From an uncultured Roseivirgaceae bacterium (GTDB lineage: Bacteria; Bacteroidota; Bacteroidia; Cytophagales; Cyclobacteriaceae), in NCBI GenBank assembly GCA_964583905.1, contig CAZOYJ010000003.1, positions 1-44,954 on the forward strand: DNA of 44,954 bases, written 5' to 3'. The translations under genes and the position numbers were made by a program. Under the pieces are notes generated by a model. The model was not told the origin of the DNA and did no database searches. It worked only from the letters and a program-made list of their open reading frames with translations. This document shows, in pieces, positions 1-8,299 of the stretch (the first letter of the stretch is position 1; the number at the start of each line of letters is the position of its first letter).

Positions 1-176
1 TTTGGAATTTGATCGGCCGATTTACAGGAAGTGAATACCCGGTTGCATATTGGCGTCAGTATATCGAATACATATTCACGCTGAGGTTTACCGTGGTAGG
101 CAATTAATCCCTTGTCGGTTAACATCCGTGAACTGCGTCCTGCCGCCAACACTAAACCGTTAATACCTTCAGTCAT
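1..176 (-). CDS. MobA-like NTP transferase (molybdenum cofactor nucleotidyltransferase family), N-terminal fragment running off the window
   Basis: Own minus-strand translation from ATG 176-174 gives MTEGINGLVLAAGRSSRMLTDKGLIAYHGKPQREYVFDILTPICNRVF... The G-x-V-L-A-x-G-x-S-x-R-M...DKG...GKP N-terminus is typical of MobA/MocA-type enzymes. It is absent from the ORF track because it is truncated below 60 aa. It lies next to moaC and moeA. Confidence 0.55.
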   Translation of the reverse strand, partial: MTEGINGLVLAAGRSSRMLTDKGLIAYHGKPQREYVFDILTPICNRVFTSCKSADQIP

Positions 177-966
177 GAAACTCTTTTCCGCAATGCGGGC
201 AAACGTGGGATTTTCCTTTGGGTTTATGCAGTAACTCAAAAAAACCAGACGAGAGAATCCCGGCAGGAAGTGCCAAAAAGGCAACACCGGCAATCGCAAA
301 CAATCCTCCCAGCACTTTACCCATGGGCGTAATCGGCACAGAGTCTCCATAGCCTACCGTAGTAAGGGTAGCCATCCCCCACCACATGGCTTCGGGTATC
401 GAACCAAATTTATCGGGCTGTGCTTCACGCTCCACCAGGTACATGAAGAATGAAATAATAATCAAAATAAAGATGATGAAGATAAAGCTTAAAACCAGTT
501 GCTCCTTCCGTTCTGCAATTACTTTTTTAAAGATGATCATAGCCTGCATGTAGCGGGTAATCTTGAACATTCTGAATAAGGCCATGAGCCGGAAAATCCG
601 TAGAAACCTTAAGTCAATGGGAAGAAAAGTCAGATAAAAGGGCATAAAGGCCAGCAAGTCAACTATCGCCATGGCTGTACCTGCGTACCGGATTCGGCCA
701 TACAATGGATCTCTGAATTTGGAATTCTCCACAATGCAATACATCCGTGCTATGTATTCCACCGTAAAAAATGTAACGGAAAAAAGTTCAAAGTTATTGA
801 ACAGGTTATGATACTGAGCTTCCATAGATGGTACGGATTCGAGGATAATTGCCACGATGTTCAATACAATTATGGCGATTAACAGAATCTCAAAGATCCG
901 TTCGGTTAAACCACCGCGGGTACCTGGATCAAGGATAAGGTAGAGTTGTTTTCTAAAGGTTATCAT
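169..966 (-). CDS. Voltage-gated-type (6TM) potassium channel, ion_trans family
   Basis: 265-aa ORF with the K+ selectivity filter TTVGYGD. It has an S4-like helix with Arg/Lys at every third position (LRFLRIFRLMALFRMFKITR) and multiple hydrophobic helices. ATG 966-964 overlaps the moaC stop (ATGA). Its stop at 171-169 lies inside the mobA-like start region. Confidence 0.85.
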   Translation of the reverse strand: MITFRKQLYLILDPGTRGGLTERIFEILLIAIIVLNIVAIILESVPSMEAQYHNLFNNFELFSVTFFTVEYIARMYCIVENSKFRDPLYGRIRYAGTAMAIVDLLAFMPFYLTFLPIDLRFLRIFRLMALFRMFKITRYMQAMIIFKKVIAERKEQLVLSFIFIIFILIIISFFMYLVEREAQPDKFGSIPEAMWWGMATLTTVGYGDSVPITPMGKVLGGLFAIAGVAFLALPAGILSSGFFELLHKPKGKSHVCPHCGKEFHD

Positions 967-1445
967 TGGGTTCGAATAAAATCATTTTTACCACCCTTCT
1001 TTTCCATCAACTTAATTTCGGTTATGGTTATATGGTGCGAAAGCGCTTTGCACATATCGTAAATGGTAAGTGCAGCTACACTCACCGCTGTAAGCGCTTC
1101 CATCTCGACACCGGTTTTGGAAGAAACACAAACGGTGCTTTCGATAATAATCCTGTCGTCTTTTGTGGTGATCGATACTTTGCAGTCCTCCAGCCCGATC
1201 GGATGAGCAAGCGGAATTAAATCGGCAGTTTTTTTTGCGCCCATTACACCCGCAACAATAGCGGTTTGGAAAACCGGGCCCTTCTTAGTGATCAGTTCAT
1301 TGTTGCGGATGAGGTTGATGATTTTTTTTCCGGTAAATACAATACCCTGTGCTCGGGCTATGCGTTTGGTAACAGCTTTACCCGAAACATCCACCATGTT
1401 CGGGTTTCCCGATTCATCGGTATGCGTTAATTTTTTACCTTTCAT
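963..1445 (-). CDS. moaC: Cyclic pyranopterin monophosphate synthase MoaC
   Basis: 160-aa ORF of the right size. It has an MoaC-like N-terminus (LTHTDESGNPNMVDVSGKAVTKRIARA) and a conserved core (IPLAHP, GVEMEALTAVSVAALTIYDMCKA). It is adjacent to moeA. Confidence 0.9.
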   Translation of the reverse strand: MKGKKLTHTDESGNPNMVDVSGKAVTKRIARAQGIVFTGKKIINLIRNNELITKKGPVFQTAIVAGVMGAKKTADLIPLAHPIGLEDCKVSITTKDDRIIIESTVCVSSKTGVEMEALTAVSVAALTIYDMCKALSHHITITEIKLMEKKGGKNDFIRTQ

Positions 1446-1478
1446 AAAATCTTTCCTGGTAGAAATTTAACATTAATT

Positions 1479-2666
1479 ATGGTAAGCGTTACTGAGGCCA
1501 GTCAAATCATTCTTGATGTATCCTTGCCGTTGGATACCGTACCGATTCCTTTCCAGGAGTCTGTCGGGCATTGTTTGACCGAAGACATCATTGCCGATCG
1601 TGATTTTCCGCCCTTCAACCGGGTAGCGATGGATGGAATTGCCATCCTTCACGAGCAATTCAAGAAAGGGAAACCTTTCCTTATTGAAGCCGTTCAGGCG
1701 GCAGGATCACCACAACTAACGTTATCCCATGCAGACCATTGCCTGGAGGTGATGACCGGGGCCATTTTACCGGAAGGCACCAACACGGTTGTCCGGTATG
1801 AAGATCTGACGATTCAATCCGGAACGGCTCTTGTTACCCTGGATGAAGTTAAACCATGGGCGAACGTCCATCTGAAAGGGTCGGATGCAAAACAAGGTGA
1901 AATTCTATTACAGCCGGGCCAATTGATTTCGCCCGCTGAGGTGGCCTTGTTGGCCGCTGTTGGAAAATCATCGGTTAAGGTTTTCACTTTCCCCAAAACG
2001 GCTGTGATCTCTTCAGGCGATGAACTGGTTGACGTTTCCCGGCAACCTGAGTTGCATCAGATCAGGCGTTCAAATATATATGCCCTTCAGGCGGGCTTAC
2101 GCCAGATCGGGTGGCCTTCTAACGCTTTTCATCTCATCGATCGAAAAGAAAATATGCAAACCGAACTGCAATCCATTTTTGCAAACCATGACGTGCTGAT
2201 TCTTTCAGGTGGAGTTTCGAAAGGAAAATTCGATTTTATTCCGGAAGTTTTGCAGGAACTTGGCGTTAAGAAACTTTTCCATCAGGTAAGTCAGCGGCCC
2301 GGAAAACCGTTTTGGTTTGGAACTTTAAGCAACAAAAAAGTGGTGTTTGCCTTGCCGGGCAACCCGGTTTCAACCTTTCTGTGTTTTCATAAGTACATCA
2401 AGCGTTGGATCTATCACCTCATGGGCTGTCAACCTGCGCAGCAAGTTGTAAAACTGGGTAGGGATTTTGAGTTTGAGCCTGCACTTACCTGCTTTTTACA
2501 GGTGGCTATCCGGAACGAAAGCGGAACGCTCATTGCATATCCGTTGCCCGGAGGCGGTTCAGGTGATTTTGTTAACCTGAAGGAAGTGGATGGCTTTATC
2601 GAATTGCCCAAAGACCAATCAAACTTTAAAGCGGGCGAAATGTTTTCCTTCCTGCCGATCCGGTAA
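1479..2666 (+). CDS. moeA: Molybdopterin molybdenumtransferase MoeA
   Basis: 395-aa ORF with MoeA-like motifs: PPFNRVAMDGIA, a central MoCF-binding domain (ISSGDELV, LILSGGVSKGKFDF) and GNPVS. It is divergent from moaC with only a 33-nt spacer. Confidence 0.9.
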   Translation: MVSVTEASQIILDVSLPLDTVPIPFQESVGHCLTEDIIADRDFPPFNRVAMDGIAILHEQFKKGKPFLIEAVQAAGSPQLTLSHADHCLEVMTGAILPEGTNTVVRYEDLTIQSGTALVTLDEVKPWANVHLKGSDAKQGEILLQPGQLISPAEVALLAAVGKSSVKVFTFPKTAVISSGDELVDVSRQPELHQIRRSNIYALQAGLRQIGWPSNAFHLIDRKENMQTELQSIFANHDVLILSGGVSKGKFDFIPEVLQELGVKKLFHQVSQRPGKPFWFGTLSNKKVVFALPGNPVSTFLCFHKYIKRWIYHLMGCQPAQQVVKLGRDFEFEPALTCFLQVAIRNESGTLIAYPLPGGGSGDFVNLKEVDGFIELPKDQSNFKAGEMFSFLPIR

Positions 2667-3995
2667 TCAGACTCCGGGTGTTTCGAAAATAAAACGAATC
2701 GCTGTACCCTGGGTACCGCTATTAATGGTAAGCCGAATTTTCAAATAAGCGGCAATTTTATGCATGATCTGCAAACCAAATCCAGACTTCTCACTTTTGG
2801 CATCTTTAAGAAAAACCATACCGGCATTAACCTGGTTAAGCAACTCCTGCTGGATACCGGGACCGGTGTCGCTCACTTCCAGAATGGCGGATTCGTTGCC
2901 TTTAAAAACAGTGAGCCCGATTGACCCGCCTTCCGGTGTATACCGAAGTGCATTGGTTAAGGCATTCTGCACCATCATCAGCACCATGGAATAATTGGAG
3001 TTGGCTATGATAACGGGCATGCCTGTATTAGTTGAAAAAGCAATGCCCTTTTCCTGGGCCACGGGTGCCCACTCTTCTGCCAATTCCTGTACTACAGTAC
3101 GCAAGTCAATTTCCTCATCCTTTACGTACTGCGCATTGCTGATTTTAGAAATCAATAACAAGGAATTTACCAGGTGCTTAAAACGTTGGATGGTTTGTTG
3201 CATATCCATGAGCCGCTGAACATCTTTCTCGGATAGTTCACTATCCGACAACAGGTTTTCAACTTTTGATTGAAGTACAGAGATGGGTGTTCTTAATTCG
3301 TGTGAGGCATGCGCGATAAATTCCCGTTCGCGATTAAAAACCTGTTGAATGCGGGAGATTAAATCGCTGATGGCTTCGTCCAGAATTTTAAAATCGATGG
3401 TGCGCGATTGAATCGGCTCGTGTACAAACTGGCTGGGATCTTTTATGCCCGGGATTTTATCGTAAATAATTTTCCGAAAGGGTTTGAATAGATAATTATG
3501 GAATGCTGCATCCATAAACATCGATAGGACAATAAACCCAATAAAGGCAATGCTGATGAACCTGGAGATTACTTTTTCAATCTGCTGAATGGTGGCCAGG
3601 CTCCGCCCGATTTCTAATAAGTATAATGTGCCCGACTCTTCAAACACATAGGACAACACACGGTACGAAACGATCTCCTCCTCAATAATCCGCTCTTCAT
3701 TGAATATGGTATCGTATGCGAGTACTTCATCCTTGTCAATTTTTTCCAGCGAGATATACTCTTCCTTCAACAAGTTATAACTTCCGTACCCCGCCACGGA
3801 GTCATCCAGAAAAAAACTCTCAATTCCCTCTTCGGCAACAATGGCCAACACCTTAAGTTTTTTATCCTCAAGCCGGCTGTCGGTGTAATTCAGCGTATAT
3901 TCTTTCAGTAAATAGGGACCAGCCATAAGAAACCCAAGAAGGACCACTCCCTTAGCCAACACATTAAAAAGAATCATGTTCGTGGATAACCGCAC
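2667..3995 (-). CDS. Sensor histidine kinase (two TM segments, HisKA + HATPase_c)
   Basis: It has an H-box HASHELRTPIS, an N-box NALRYTP and G-boxes SDTGPGI and GFGLQI. Two hydrophobic segments flank a domain of about 120 aa. The start is GTG at 3995 or ATG at 3977. The stop abuts the moeA stop with a 0-nt spacer. Confidence 0.9.
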   Translation of the reverse strand: MRLSTNMILFNVLAKGVVLLGFLMAGPYLLKEYTLNYTDSRLEDKKLKVLAIVAEEGIESFFLDDSVAGYGSYNLLKEEYISLEKIDKDEVLAYDTIFNEERIIEEEIVSYRVLSYVFEESGTLYLLEIGRSLATIQQIEKVISRFISIAFIGFIVLSMFMDAAFHNYLFKPFRKIIYDKIPGIKDPSQFVHEPIQSRTIDFKILDEAISDLISRIQQVFNREREFIAHASHELRTPISVLQSKVENLLSDSELSEKDVQRLMDMQQTIQRFKHLVNSLLLISKISNAQYVKDEEIDLRTVVQELAEEWAPVAQEKGIAFSTNTGMPVIIANSNYSMVLMMVQNALTNALRYTPEGGSIGLTVFKGNESAILEVSDTGPGIQQELLNQVNAGMVFLKDAKSEKSGFGLQIMHKIAAYLKIRLTINSGTQGTAIRFIFETPGV

Positions 3996-4006
3996 GCAGG
4001 AATTGC

Positions 4007-4681
4007 TTAGAGTTGTATTTTATAACCAACACCACGCACCGTTTCGAGCCACTCGGTGGGGGCATGCACGCCAAGCTTTTTACGAACATTCTTTACATGC
4101 ACATCGATAAAGTTGGATTGATGGTCATCTTCAAAATATTCACCCCAAATGTGCTCGGCCAATTGAAACCGGTTGATCACTTTATTTTTATGGATCAATA
4201 AAAAGTGCAATAAATCAAACTCTTTTTTTGTCAGTACAATTTCCTGTCCTTCAAAACTAACTGTGCGATTTTGTGTATCCAAAACAAACCCTGCAAAGGA
4301 AATGGCCGAGTCGTTCCAGCCGCTTTTCCTGCGAAGGATCGCCTGCATCCGGGCTTTTAACTCCAATAACGAAAAGGGCTTGGCCAGGTAATCGTCTGCA
4401 CCGCTAAGCAATCCATCTACCTTATCCTTCACTTCACCACGGGCAGTGATAATTATAAATACAGCCGAGGGCTGCATCTTTTTTGCTTCCTTCAAAAGGT
4501 CCATTCCATCACCATCCGGTAATCCAAGATCAATCAAGAGAAAATCGAAGGTATTAACTGCAATAGCCTCAGACGCATCTTCGAATGTATGCGCCAACTC
4601 GCAGTGTATGTTTTCCTTTTCTAAAAAACTTTTGATTTCCTGTGCTAAGTCTTGCTGATCTTCAACTATCAGTGTTCTCAT
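4007..4681 (-). CDS. OmpR/PhoB-family response regulator
   Basis: Receiver domain (MRTLIVEDQQDL..., LLIDLGLPDGDG, KP) plus a winged-helix C-terminus (LTKKEFDLLHFL..., VRGVGYK). I trimmed the track ORF (4768) to ATG 4681-4679, because the upstream extension overlaps the preceding gene. Confidence 0.9.
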   Translation of the reverse strand: MRTLIVEDQQDLAQEIKSFLEKENIHCELAHTFEDASEAIAVNTFDFLLIDLGLPDGDGMDLLKEAKKMQPSAVFIIITARGEVKDKVDGLLSGADDYLAKPFSLLELKARMQAILRRKSGWNDSAISFAGFVLDTQNRTVSFEGQEIVLTKKEFDLLHFLLIHKNKVINRFQLAEHIWGEYFEDDHQSNFIDVHVKNVRKKLGVHAPTEWLETVRGVGYKIQL

Positions 4682-4682
4682 G

Positions 4683-5798
4683 TCAGCTCTTCCGTTTACG
4701 CTTAACCGGAATACTGAAATACAGATCAACCGATTGCAACAGCACTGGCCGGGAAGGATCTCCCGCAATTACATTTAACGGATGGGCGTAGCGGGAACTA
4801 TACTCAACCGTAAACTTTCCCCACTGAAAAGTAATGGGCAATACCGCTTCCCAGCTTAAAAAGCCCATTTGCTTGCCCGGATCATCTAAAGAAATTTCAT
4901 CATCATCGCCCCCAGGATCAACCGGTGGTGTACCCGGGCCTCCCGGATTGCCGGGGTTACCGGGATTGCCGGAGTTACCATTACCATTACCATTACTATT
5001 ACCGTTGCCGTTACCGTTGCCATTTCCTGGATTACCCCGTCCCGGATCACCCCCACCTGAATTGTTGCCACCACCGGTTGCTAAAATCGCCCGCGGATTG
5101 GTTGGTCCGCCTCCCCGACCGGTAAGCGACTCATCGGTTGAATAATAAAACCTGCTGGTACCCAACGTAACAGCAAAGGCAGGTTGAAACGAAACTGTAA
5201 CTTTCCCAAAAAGCTTCTGGCTAAACTCAAAATAACGAGAGTGTTGAGAAACAAAAAAGTAGTCGGGTGTGCTATAAGTCATCACTTGAGCCTGGAGCGT
5301 AGAGTATAAAATATTCCAATCCAGTCCAACAGTGGCTTGTACAAACCCCAGCGATTGAAGTTTGGATATTTGATCGGTGGCCGGTATTAAAAAGTGCGAA
5401 TAACTAACATTATAATCAATTTTCCGGGTGATGTCGCCACCATATCCAATAGAAACCGAAGACTGAAAAGGTATGGCATTGTCAAAAAAATGATAGGCCG
5501 AAGCACTAAGCCAAAGATTGAAATTCGTGAAATAGGTCAAATCGTTCGTTGCAAATGGAATGCGATGCCCGAAGTTGCGTCCCATAAAAGCAAACTGGTT
5601 TTGAAATTTACCGCCAATGAACAGAAAATCATAAATGGCCGTATCTTTTATGGAGTTTTCATCCAGGGTACTATCGCTGTCATTCGATCCGGCAACTGAA
5701 ATGGTTGCTGAGGCAGTAATGACCACAATCAAAAGCATTCGGGAAAACCTGAGGGTTCTCTTGCCACAACAACTATATGACAATCCCTTTACTTTCAT
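4683..5798 (-). CDS. Hypothetical secreted/outer-membrane beta-barrel-like protein with an internal Gly/Asn/Pro low-complexity insert
   Basis: 371-aa ORF with an N-terminal hydrophobic signal-like segment (MLLIVVITASATISVAGS). It shows alternating aromatic/polar beta-strand-like patterns (YNVSYSHFLI, VTVSFQPAFAVTLG, FTVEYSSRY). An insert of about 70 aa reads GGGNNSGGGDPGRGNPGNGNGNGNGNSNGNGNGNSGNPGNPGNPGGPG. The gap to the response-regulator gene is 1 nt. The fold is inferred, and no family was recognised. Confidence 0.5.
   Translation of the reverse strand: MKVKGLSYSCCGKRTLRFSRMLLIVVITASATISVAGSNDSDSTLDENSIKDTAIYDFLFIGGKFQNQFAFMGRNFGHRIPFATNDLTYFTNFNLWLSASAYHFFDNAIPFQSSVSIGYGGDITRKIDYNVSYSHFLIPATDQISKLQSLGFVQATVGLDWNILYSTLQAQVMTYSTPDYFFVSQHSRYFEFSQKLFGKVTVSFQPAFAVTLGTSRFYYSTDESLTGRGGGPTNPRAILATGGGNNSGGGDPGRGNPGNGNGNGNGNSNGNGNGNSGNPGNPGNPGGPGTPPVDPGGDDDEISLDDPGKQMGFLSWEAVLPITFQWGKFTVEYSSRYAHPLNVIAGDPSRPVLLQSVDLYFSIPVKRKRKS
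4945..5036. repeat. Tandem 9-mer/6-mer tract (GGATTGCCG/GGGTTACCG then ATTACC/GTTACC/GTTGCC units) encoding (GNP)n(GN)n
   Basis: Direct reading of 4945-5036: ggattgccg gggttaccg ggattgccg gagttacc attacc attacc attact attacc gttgcc gttacc gttgcc atttcc tggattacc. Confidence 0.85.
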
Positions 5799-5811
5799 TA
5801 TTCAGTTTTTA

Positions 5812-6111
5812 TTAATTGCCGGGTGGCCTTCCCGTACCTGAAGGTTTTCCCTTAACCGGTGGCTTTCCACGTTGAATAGGCTGATTTGGCCTTACAGCAC
5901 CTGGCCGTGCACCACTGGAAATTCTGGCCGGTTTAGATTTCACCTCCGCTGCCGGAACATTTTTGATTTCCTTTTTTTCTTCCTTTTGGTGAATAGGTTT
6001 TTCCTGGGGTGGTCTAGTCTGGTCAGACTTTTCTTGCGATTGGGCTACAGCAACAGCTAATCCAACCAAAGAAAAAACACCTACAAGCGCTAATTTCCTT
6101 ACCATAAGCAA
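5812..6111 (-). CDS. Small secreted Lys/Pro-rich, low-complexity protein (hypothetical)
   Basis: 99-aa ORF with a signal peptide (MLMVRKLALVGVFSLVGLAVAVAQS). The remainder is K/P/E/R-rich with no hydrophobic core. It lies 13 nt upstream of the barrel-like gene. It shares collinear motifs with the 6244-6606 product. Confidence 0.55.
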   Translation of the reverse strand: MLMVRKLALVGVFSLVGLAVAVAQSQEKSDQTRPPQEKPIHQKEEKKEIKNVPAAEVKSKPARISSGARPGAVRPNQPIQRGKPPVKGKPSGTGRPPGN

Positions 6112-6154
6112 TCAAATATCGGGTTAAAAAATGGAGTTTCTAAATACGGGTTGG

Positions 6155-6197
6155 GATAAAAAGAGACGTCTCCCCTGCCTATATACAGGGGAGACGT
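6155..6197 (-). terminator. Rho-independent terminator
   Basis: Perfect 12-bp stem acgtctcccctg (6166-6177) / caggggagacgt (6186-6197) with an 8-nt loop. On the minus strand it is followed by CTCTTTTTAT. It lies 47 nt downstream of the stop at 6244. Confidence 0.8.
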
Positions 6198-6243
6198 ACA
6201 TCGTAAACTCTAAAGCCAACTAACTCCTTAGAGTCTGTTATTT

Positions 6244-6606
6244 TTATCCGCCATGAAAGCCGCCTGGACGGGGCTTGGCTGGTGGTATTGCACGTGGTGC
6301 TGTAGTAGGCTTATTACCTTTACCAGTACCTGCATGGGCTGGCCTGTTTCCTTTATGTTGAGATGGACTGTCGGTATTTAAACGTCCTTCCCGTTTTTGA
6401 ATACCCTGCTGACGGGCAGCACTGCTAATGATTTTGCCCTTTTCGGGGCCACCCGGGGTTTCTTTGGCTAATTCGCTTACAGTTTTACCATGATTGGCCG
6501 CAGGCACTTCTTTGATTTTGCCTTGATTTTCGGGTTTTTGCTCAGCATTTTGGGCGAAAACAAAACCGCAAACCGCTATCAATCCTAATGTTATTAAGCC
6601 CTTCAT
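6244..6606 (-). CDS. Small secreted basic low-complexity protein (hypothetical), paralog of 5812-6111
   Basis: Signal peptide MKGLITLGLIAVCGFVFAQ from ATG 6606 (an alternative ATG is at 6624). The mature part is K/P/G-rich. Motifs shared with the 5812 product are IK(E/N)VPAA, ISS(A/G)AR and GTG(K/R). Confidence 0.55.
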   Translation of the reverse strand: MKGLITLGLIAVCGFVFAQNAEQKPENQGKIKEVPAANHGKTVSELAKETPGGPEKGKIISSAARQQGIQKREGRLNTDSPSQHKGNRPAHAGTGKGNKPTTAPRAIPPAKPRPGGFHGG

Positions 6607-6702
6607 GTCAATTTCTTTAATCATCTATAGCACAAAGAAAACCCCACCACATGAAGGGAACATGAAAATTCAGTGGGTTTGGGATTTTTTTTGAGAAAAA
6701 AA

Positions 6703-8184
6703 TTACCCAAATTCGGTAGGAATGGTGATACCAAGCGAGTTGTAGATGCTGCCAATAGATACTTTATTGTCGGCAAGAATATGAAGCTTATCCCCCAGTT
6801 CGAGTAAGGTTGATCCACCCGGGCGAATAAATTTACCATGGCGATTTATCATTACAATTATTGCCGTTTGAGGAAACGATAATTGAACAATGGACTTCCC
6901 GATGGATTTGTTACCCGGTTTCAATTCAACTTCCAGTAATTCCGATTTAAAATTATCCACCAATTCAATTTCCAGGGGTGATCTTTTCTTCGCCTTAGCG
7001 GGCACAGTAAGTTTAAGCCATCCGGCTACCATCGAAAGGGTTGTGCCTTGAAAAAGCACAGACGTAACCGTAATAAAGAACACAAGGTTGAACATCATCC
7101 CGGCATTTTCAACCCCACTGATGAGCGGATAGGTTGCAAATACAATTGGCACAGCACCGCGCAAACCAACCCACGAGACAAATACTTTTTCACGGAGCTT
7201 CATCTTAAAAAGTGCCAATGAAATAAAAACACTCACCGGTCGGGCCACAAACATCAGGAAGAGTGATAAAACTACTCCCGAGCCAATTATCGGAACGATA
7301 TCGGAAGGGTATACCAAAAGCCCCAACGTAAGGAACAAGATAATCTGCATCAACCAGGCAATGCCATCGTAAAACCGCATGAGGCTTTTCTTATGGATAA
7401 AACTTGAGTTTCCTAAAACTACCGCACTGAGGTAAGTAGCCAGAAACCCGTTGCCACCTATGGAATCAGTTATGGAAAACGTAAACAATACCAGGGAGGT
7501 AACTAGCACGGGGTACAATCCATCTACATCCAGGTTAATCCGGTTCAGGATAAAGGCCATCATCTTACCCATCACCCACCCCAATAAAGCCCCTAAAATC
7601 ATCTGCTTAAAAAAGAGGGGAAGGATACTGATGAAGTTTGCCTCCTGGTGCGTGTAAACAAACAACAAACTGATGGTAAGAAAATAGGCCATCGGGTCGT
7701 TACTCCCGCTCTCCAATTCAAGAATCGGACGAAGGTTGCGCTTCAGGCCAACACCTTTTCCACGAAGGATAGAAAAAACTGCGGCTGCATCTGTTGATGA
7801 AACAATAGCTCCCAACAAAAGACTTTCAATCAATGTAAAACCAATATAATAATAGGTAAACAGCCCGAGGCTGATGGCCGTAAGCAATACACCCACAGTA
7901 GACAGGACAATCCCCTGCTTCAAAACCGGCTTTACACTATCCCATTTAGTATCCAATCCGCCCGAAAAAAGGATAAAATTAAGTGCAAAAATGCCGATGA
8001 ACTGGGCCACCTTAGGATCATCAAACTGAATCTGACCCAATCCATCCGAGCCCGCCAGCATCCCCATGGCTAAAAACATTAACAGCGCAGGAACCCCAAG
8101 CCGGTAAGAGGTTTTACTGGCAATAATGCTCAGAAACAACAAAATCGAACCCAAAAGCAGAATATTCTCCGAAGTCAGTTTCAT
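6703..8184 (-). CDS. nhaP2: K+/H+ antiporter (CPA1, NhaP2/CvrA-type) with C-terminal TrkA_C domain
   Basis: 493-aa ORF with about 12 hydrophobic helices. The Na_H_exchanger core includes LESGSNDP. The C-terminal soluble domain has the TrkA_C-like sequence GKSIVQLSFPQTAIIVMINRHGKFIRPGGSTLLELGDKLHILA. Confidence 0.85.
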   Translation of the reverse strand: MKLTSENILLLGSILLFLSIIASKTSYRLGVPALLMFLAMGMLAGSDGLGQIQFDDPKVAQFIGIFALNFILFSGGLDTKWDSVKPVLKQGIVLSTVGVLLTAISLGLFTYYYIGFTLIESLLLGAIVSSTDAAAVFSILRGKGVGLKRNLRPILELESGSNDPMAYFLTISLLFVYTHQEANFISILPLFFKQMILGALLGWVMGKMMAFILNRINLDVDGLYPVLVTSLVLFTFSITDSIGGNGFLATYLSAVVLGNSSFIHKKSLMRFYDGIAWLMQIILFLTLGLLVYPSDIVPIIGSGVVLSLFLMFVARPVSVFISLALFKMKLREKVFVSWVGLRGAVPIVFATYPLISGVENAGMMFNLVFFITVTSVLFQGTTLSMVAGWLKLTVPAKAKKRSPLEIELVDNFKSELLEVELKPGNKSIGKSIVQLSFPQTAIIVMINRHGKFIRPGGSTLLELGDKLHILADNKVSIGSIYNSLGITIPTEFG

Positions 8185-8222
8185 GAACCCCTATAATAAA
8201 CATTTACCGGCAGTTTTTTGGG

Positions 8223-8254
8223 TTTGGACATCGTGGCAGACTAAATTAATTTTG
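8223..8254 (+). promoter_or_regulatory. Candidate Bacteroidota sigma-A promoter for ffh (-33 TTTG / -7 TAATTTTG)
   Basis: TTTG at 8223-8226, a 20-nt spacer, then TAATTTTG at 8247-8254, which matches TAnnTTTG. It lies about 46 nt upstream of the ffh ATG. Confidence 0.4.
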
Positions 8255-8299
8255 CCAGCCATTCATAATATATAGTAACAGGAACTAAGACCGGAATTC

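Noticed and set aside
960-975. GGGTTCGAAT, which resembles a tRNA T-arm.
   Set aside because: It lies in the moaC/channel coding overlap. The following CC and any acceptor/anticodon stem complementarity are missing.
2664-2669. The moeA and histidine-kinase stop codons abut with a 0-nt spacer (TAA then TCA).
   Set aside because: This is real but is just tight convergent packing. There is no hairpin or shared element to interpret.
4682-4768. N-terminal extensions offered by the ORF track for the response regulator. The same applies to argD (22272-22322), argF' (21124-21162), the TRIC gene (26447-26569), DUF3365 (33382-33423) and WYL (43158-43181).
   Set aside because: The extensions overlap the upstream gene or lack homology-like sequence. 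Internal ATGs give canonical N-termini and 4-nt ATGA couplings.
4834-5145. Pro/Leu-rich 103-aa ORF that looks collagen- or extensin-like.
   Set aside because: It is the complement of the (GN)n/(GNP)n repeat tract. Low-complexity DNA is open in several frames, and the minus-strand frame is continuous with a 371-aa protein.
6625-6702. A possible terminator hairpin after the antiporter gene (aaaccccac...gtgggtttggg followed by T-run/A-run).
   Set aside because: The arms are only partly complementary, with a loop of more than 20 nt. This is too weak to call.
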